Source: Mobula hypostoma
Lineage: Eukaryota
DNA: 64,000 bases
Assembly: GCF_963921235.1 (NCBI RefSeq)
Contig: NC_086097.1
Location: 11,470,001-11,534,000 of the forward strand
Reading direction: 5' to 3'
A program made the position numbers and the translations under genes. A model generated the notes under the pieces. It made no database searches. It was not told the DNA's origin and worked only from the letters and a program-made list of their open reading frames with translations. Every line of letters starts with the position of its first letter. Position 1 is the stretch's first letter. This document shows positions 62,044 through 64,000 of this stretch, piece by piece.

Positions 62044-62547
62044 AAGAAGGTAGAGGGAGGGAGAGGAATACAAGCTGACAGGTGATAGGTGAAACAAGGT
62101 GAGGGGAGTGTGTGGGAAGGGGAATGAAGTAAGAAGCTGAGAAGGAAAAGGTGAAAGAGGTAAAGAGCTAAAGAAGAAGGAACCTAGTAGGCGAGGAGAG
62201 TGATTCATGAAGAAAGGAAAGGAAGAAGGCAACCAAAGAGGGGTGATGGGCAGGTGAGGAGAAGAGAAGGGATGAGAGGGTAACCAGAATGGGGAATGGA
62301 AAAAGAGAGGAAGGAGGGTGTGGAAAGTTACTAGAAGTTAGAGAAATTGATGTTCTTCTCTCCCCCCCCCCCACCGACCTTAATATTTTGGTGTCTGCCC
62401 CCTTTCCAGTTCTGATGAAGGAACTTGACCCAAAACATCAACTCTTTATTCCCCTCCATTGATTCTGTCTGACTTGCTGAGTTCCTCCAGCCATACTGTA
62501 TGTGCTGCTGAAGATTTCCAGCATCTGCAAAATCCCTTGTGTTTATA
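62044..62547. mobile_element. Penelope-derived element: inverted purine-rich spacer joined to a forward hammerhead module
   Basis: 62044-62355 is the antisense of the pyrimidine spacer at 14750-15000; cagtt-ctgatga-aggaacttgaccc-aaaac-atc-aact at 62407-62443 plus the usual tail. Confidence 0.75.
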
Positions 62548-63364
62548 ATGAGAGCATGGTCTTTCTTGGAATTATTCAGCTGCTCAGAATGATTCAGGCT
62601 TTGGCTGATGCTCTTTCATTAGACCAGTTTATTAGTGCATTAGCAACTCAAAGCTCTAAACCAGTGGGGATAGTTTCACTCAACGTTGCTTGCTCCATCA
62701 CTGTTCCCACAAACTTGGACTCAGTTTCAAAGAGTCTTTATCTAATGTTCATGATATTTATTACTATTGTTTCCTTTTTATTAGCACAGTTTGTTGTGTT
62801 TTACACATTGGTTGTTTATCCATCCTGTTGGATGTGGTCTTTCCTTGATTTTACTATGTCTCTTGGATTTTCTGAGTGTACCTGCGAGAAAACGAATCTC
62901 AGAGTTGCATATGGTGACTTTGCTAATAAATTTACTTTGAATTTTGATTAACCTTCATGTGGTTTCTGAGGGAATGTCATTGGTTTAGACTGCAGGGGAC
63001 TCTTGGGAATTGTGCTTTGAGACCTTGCAGAAAATCTGCCTCAACTAAATTCCTCATCCAAAACTGAGCATCGTTATAGCCAGAGGCACTAATATTTCTA
63101 ATTATTCATGCACTCTTAAGTGCTTTTTCTGAAAACCACTCTTTGTATTTAGATTAAGTTTCATATGGGATGTTTGCACCCATGTCACTTTGTTTTGGGA
63201 CCTAATGACAGTTTTTAGTCAAAAGCTCTATTTAGGTAATTCTCAACTTGATAAAATGCTTGCTGAATGTAGGCTTTTGCTTTTCCTTCTAATGTTTAGC
63301 ACTTGTAAATGTATATACAAGCAGAGAGCATGTCTCTCACTTGTATGAAGGGTACAGTCTCTTA

Positions 63365-63560
63365 AGAATCGGAATCAGATTTAATATCACCAGCATATGG
63401 TGTGAAATTTGTTAACTTTCCGGCAGCTGTCTGCCTGCGGTCTCTTGCAACAAGACCCGATGTGAGCACGAGATACAATGCAATACACGACAATAAATAA
63501 ACTGTGAATTACAGTAAGTATATATGTACATTAAATAGTTAAATAAGTAGTGACAAAATC
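63365..63560 (-). mobile_element. Rex1/Babar-like 3' end carrying a small foreign insert
   Basis: gaatcggaatcagatttaatatcaccagcatat...cggcagc[insert]tacaatgcaataca, homologous to 43857-43935 and 31753-31830. Confidence 0.7.
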
Positions 63561-63599
63561 AAATGCTGGAGAGGAAAAGGAAGAGAAAGAAGTGTGAAG

Positions 63600-64000
63600 T
63601 GGACAATCCATTTCCATCGCCTTCAAGGAAACCCTTCCAACAGATGCATACCACACCCTTCACTTTTCAGTATTTCAAAAGGGGCCATTTTCTTTGACTC
63701 ATTGGTTTGTTCTGTCATCTCCACCGACTTCCACTTCCATCTTCCCTTGGAACTGCATTTCCTTCCCACCATCTCAAGACATTAATGATCCCACAGGGTA
63801 ACAAAGTGCAGGTTGGAATAGATAATTAAAGTGCAGTCTATTCTCACCTTTAAGTTACTGGCCACTTGAAATCTGCATACAGCCTCCACTCTGACCTGTC
63901 TGTCTGCCGTCTCTTGCACTGCTCTAACAAGACCCGATCTGAGCTTGAGGAACAGCACCTAATCTTCTGTCTGTCTGTAGTGCAGGTATTCAAACTCAGT
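63600..64000 (+). mobile_element. Old Penelope-like fragment (GIY-YIG C-terminus), running off the window
   Basis: HSDLSVCRLLHCSNKTRSELEEQHLIFCL at ~63887-63975, homologous to 22500-22590. Confidence 0.7.

Noticed and set aside
62502..62951. 149-aa hydrophobic ORF as a membrane protein
   Set aside because: It spans a Penelope tail and a T-rich LINE-like 3' tail similar to 48840-49010; a compositional artefact.

Overview
Eukaryotic, AT-rich, repeat-dense vertebrate DNA, most likely from a cartilaginous fish (inferred from the HE1-like SINEs and the CR1/Rex1/Penelope repertoire). The whole window lies inside one + strand gene, VRK1 (vaccinia-related kinase 1). Eight internal coding exons (1391-1460, 8787-8874, 12869-12977, 22802-22894, 30242-30374, 40543-40663, 46954-47012, 48168-48346) have GT-AG borders and splice into an uninterrupted kinase-domain frame with HGDIKASN and DYG intact. 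The first exons lie upstream of the window; I found no convincing C-terminal exon after 48346. Introns hold CR1-clade LINEs (one very young ~3 kb copy with a single frameshift), Rex1/Babar-like, L2-like and RTE-related elements, tRNA-derived SINEs, two Tc1 relics, a Tigger-like MITE and a 47-bp minisatellite, often nested. The most interesting signal is an abundant Penelope-derived (GIY-YIG) repeat whose terminal module reconstructs to a minimal type-I hammerhead ribozyme and also occurs as fold-back elements with no coding sequence; no single copy here has a fully intact core. Several repeat-poor islands look like conserved non-coding elements. Repeat boundaries are by eye and approximate, and family names need library confirmation. 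No CRISPR, rRNA or true tRNA gene was seen.
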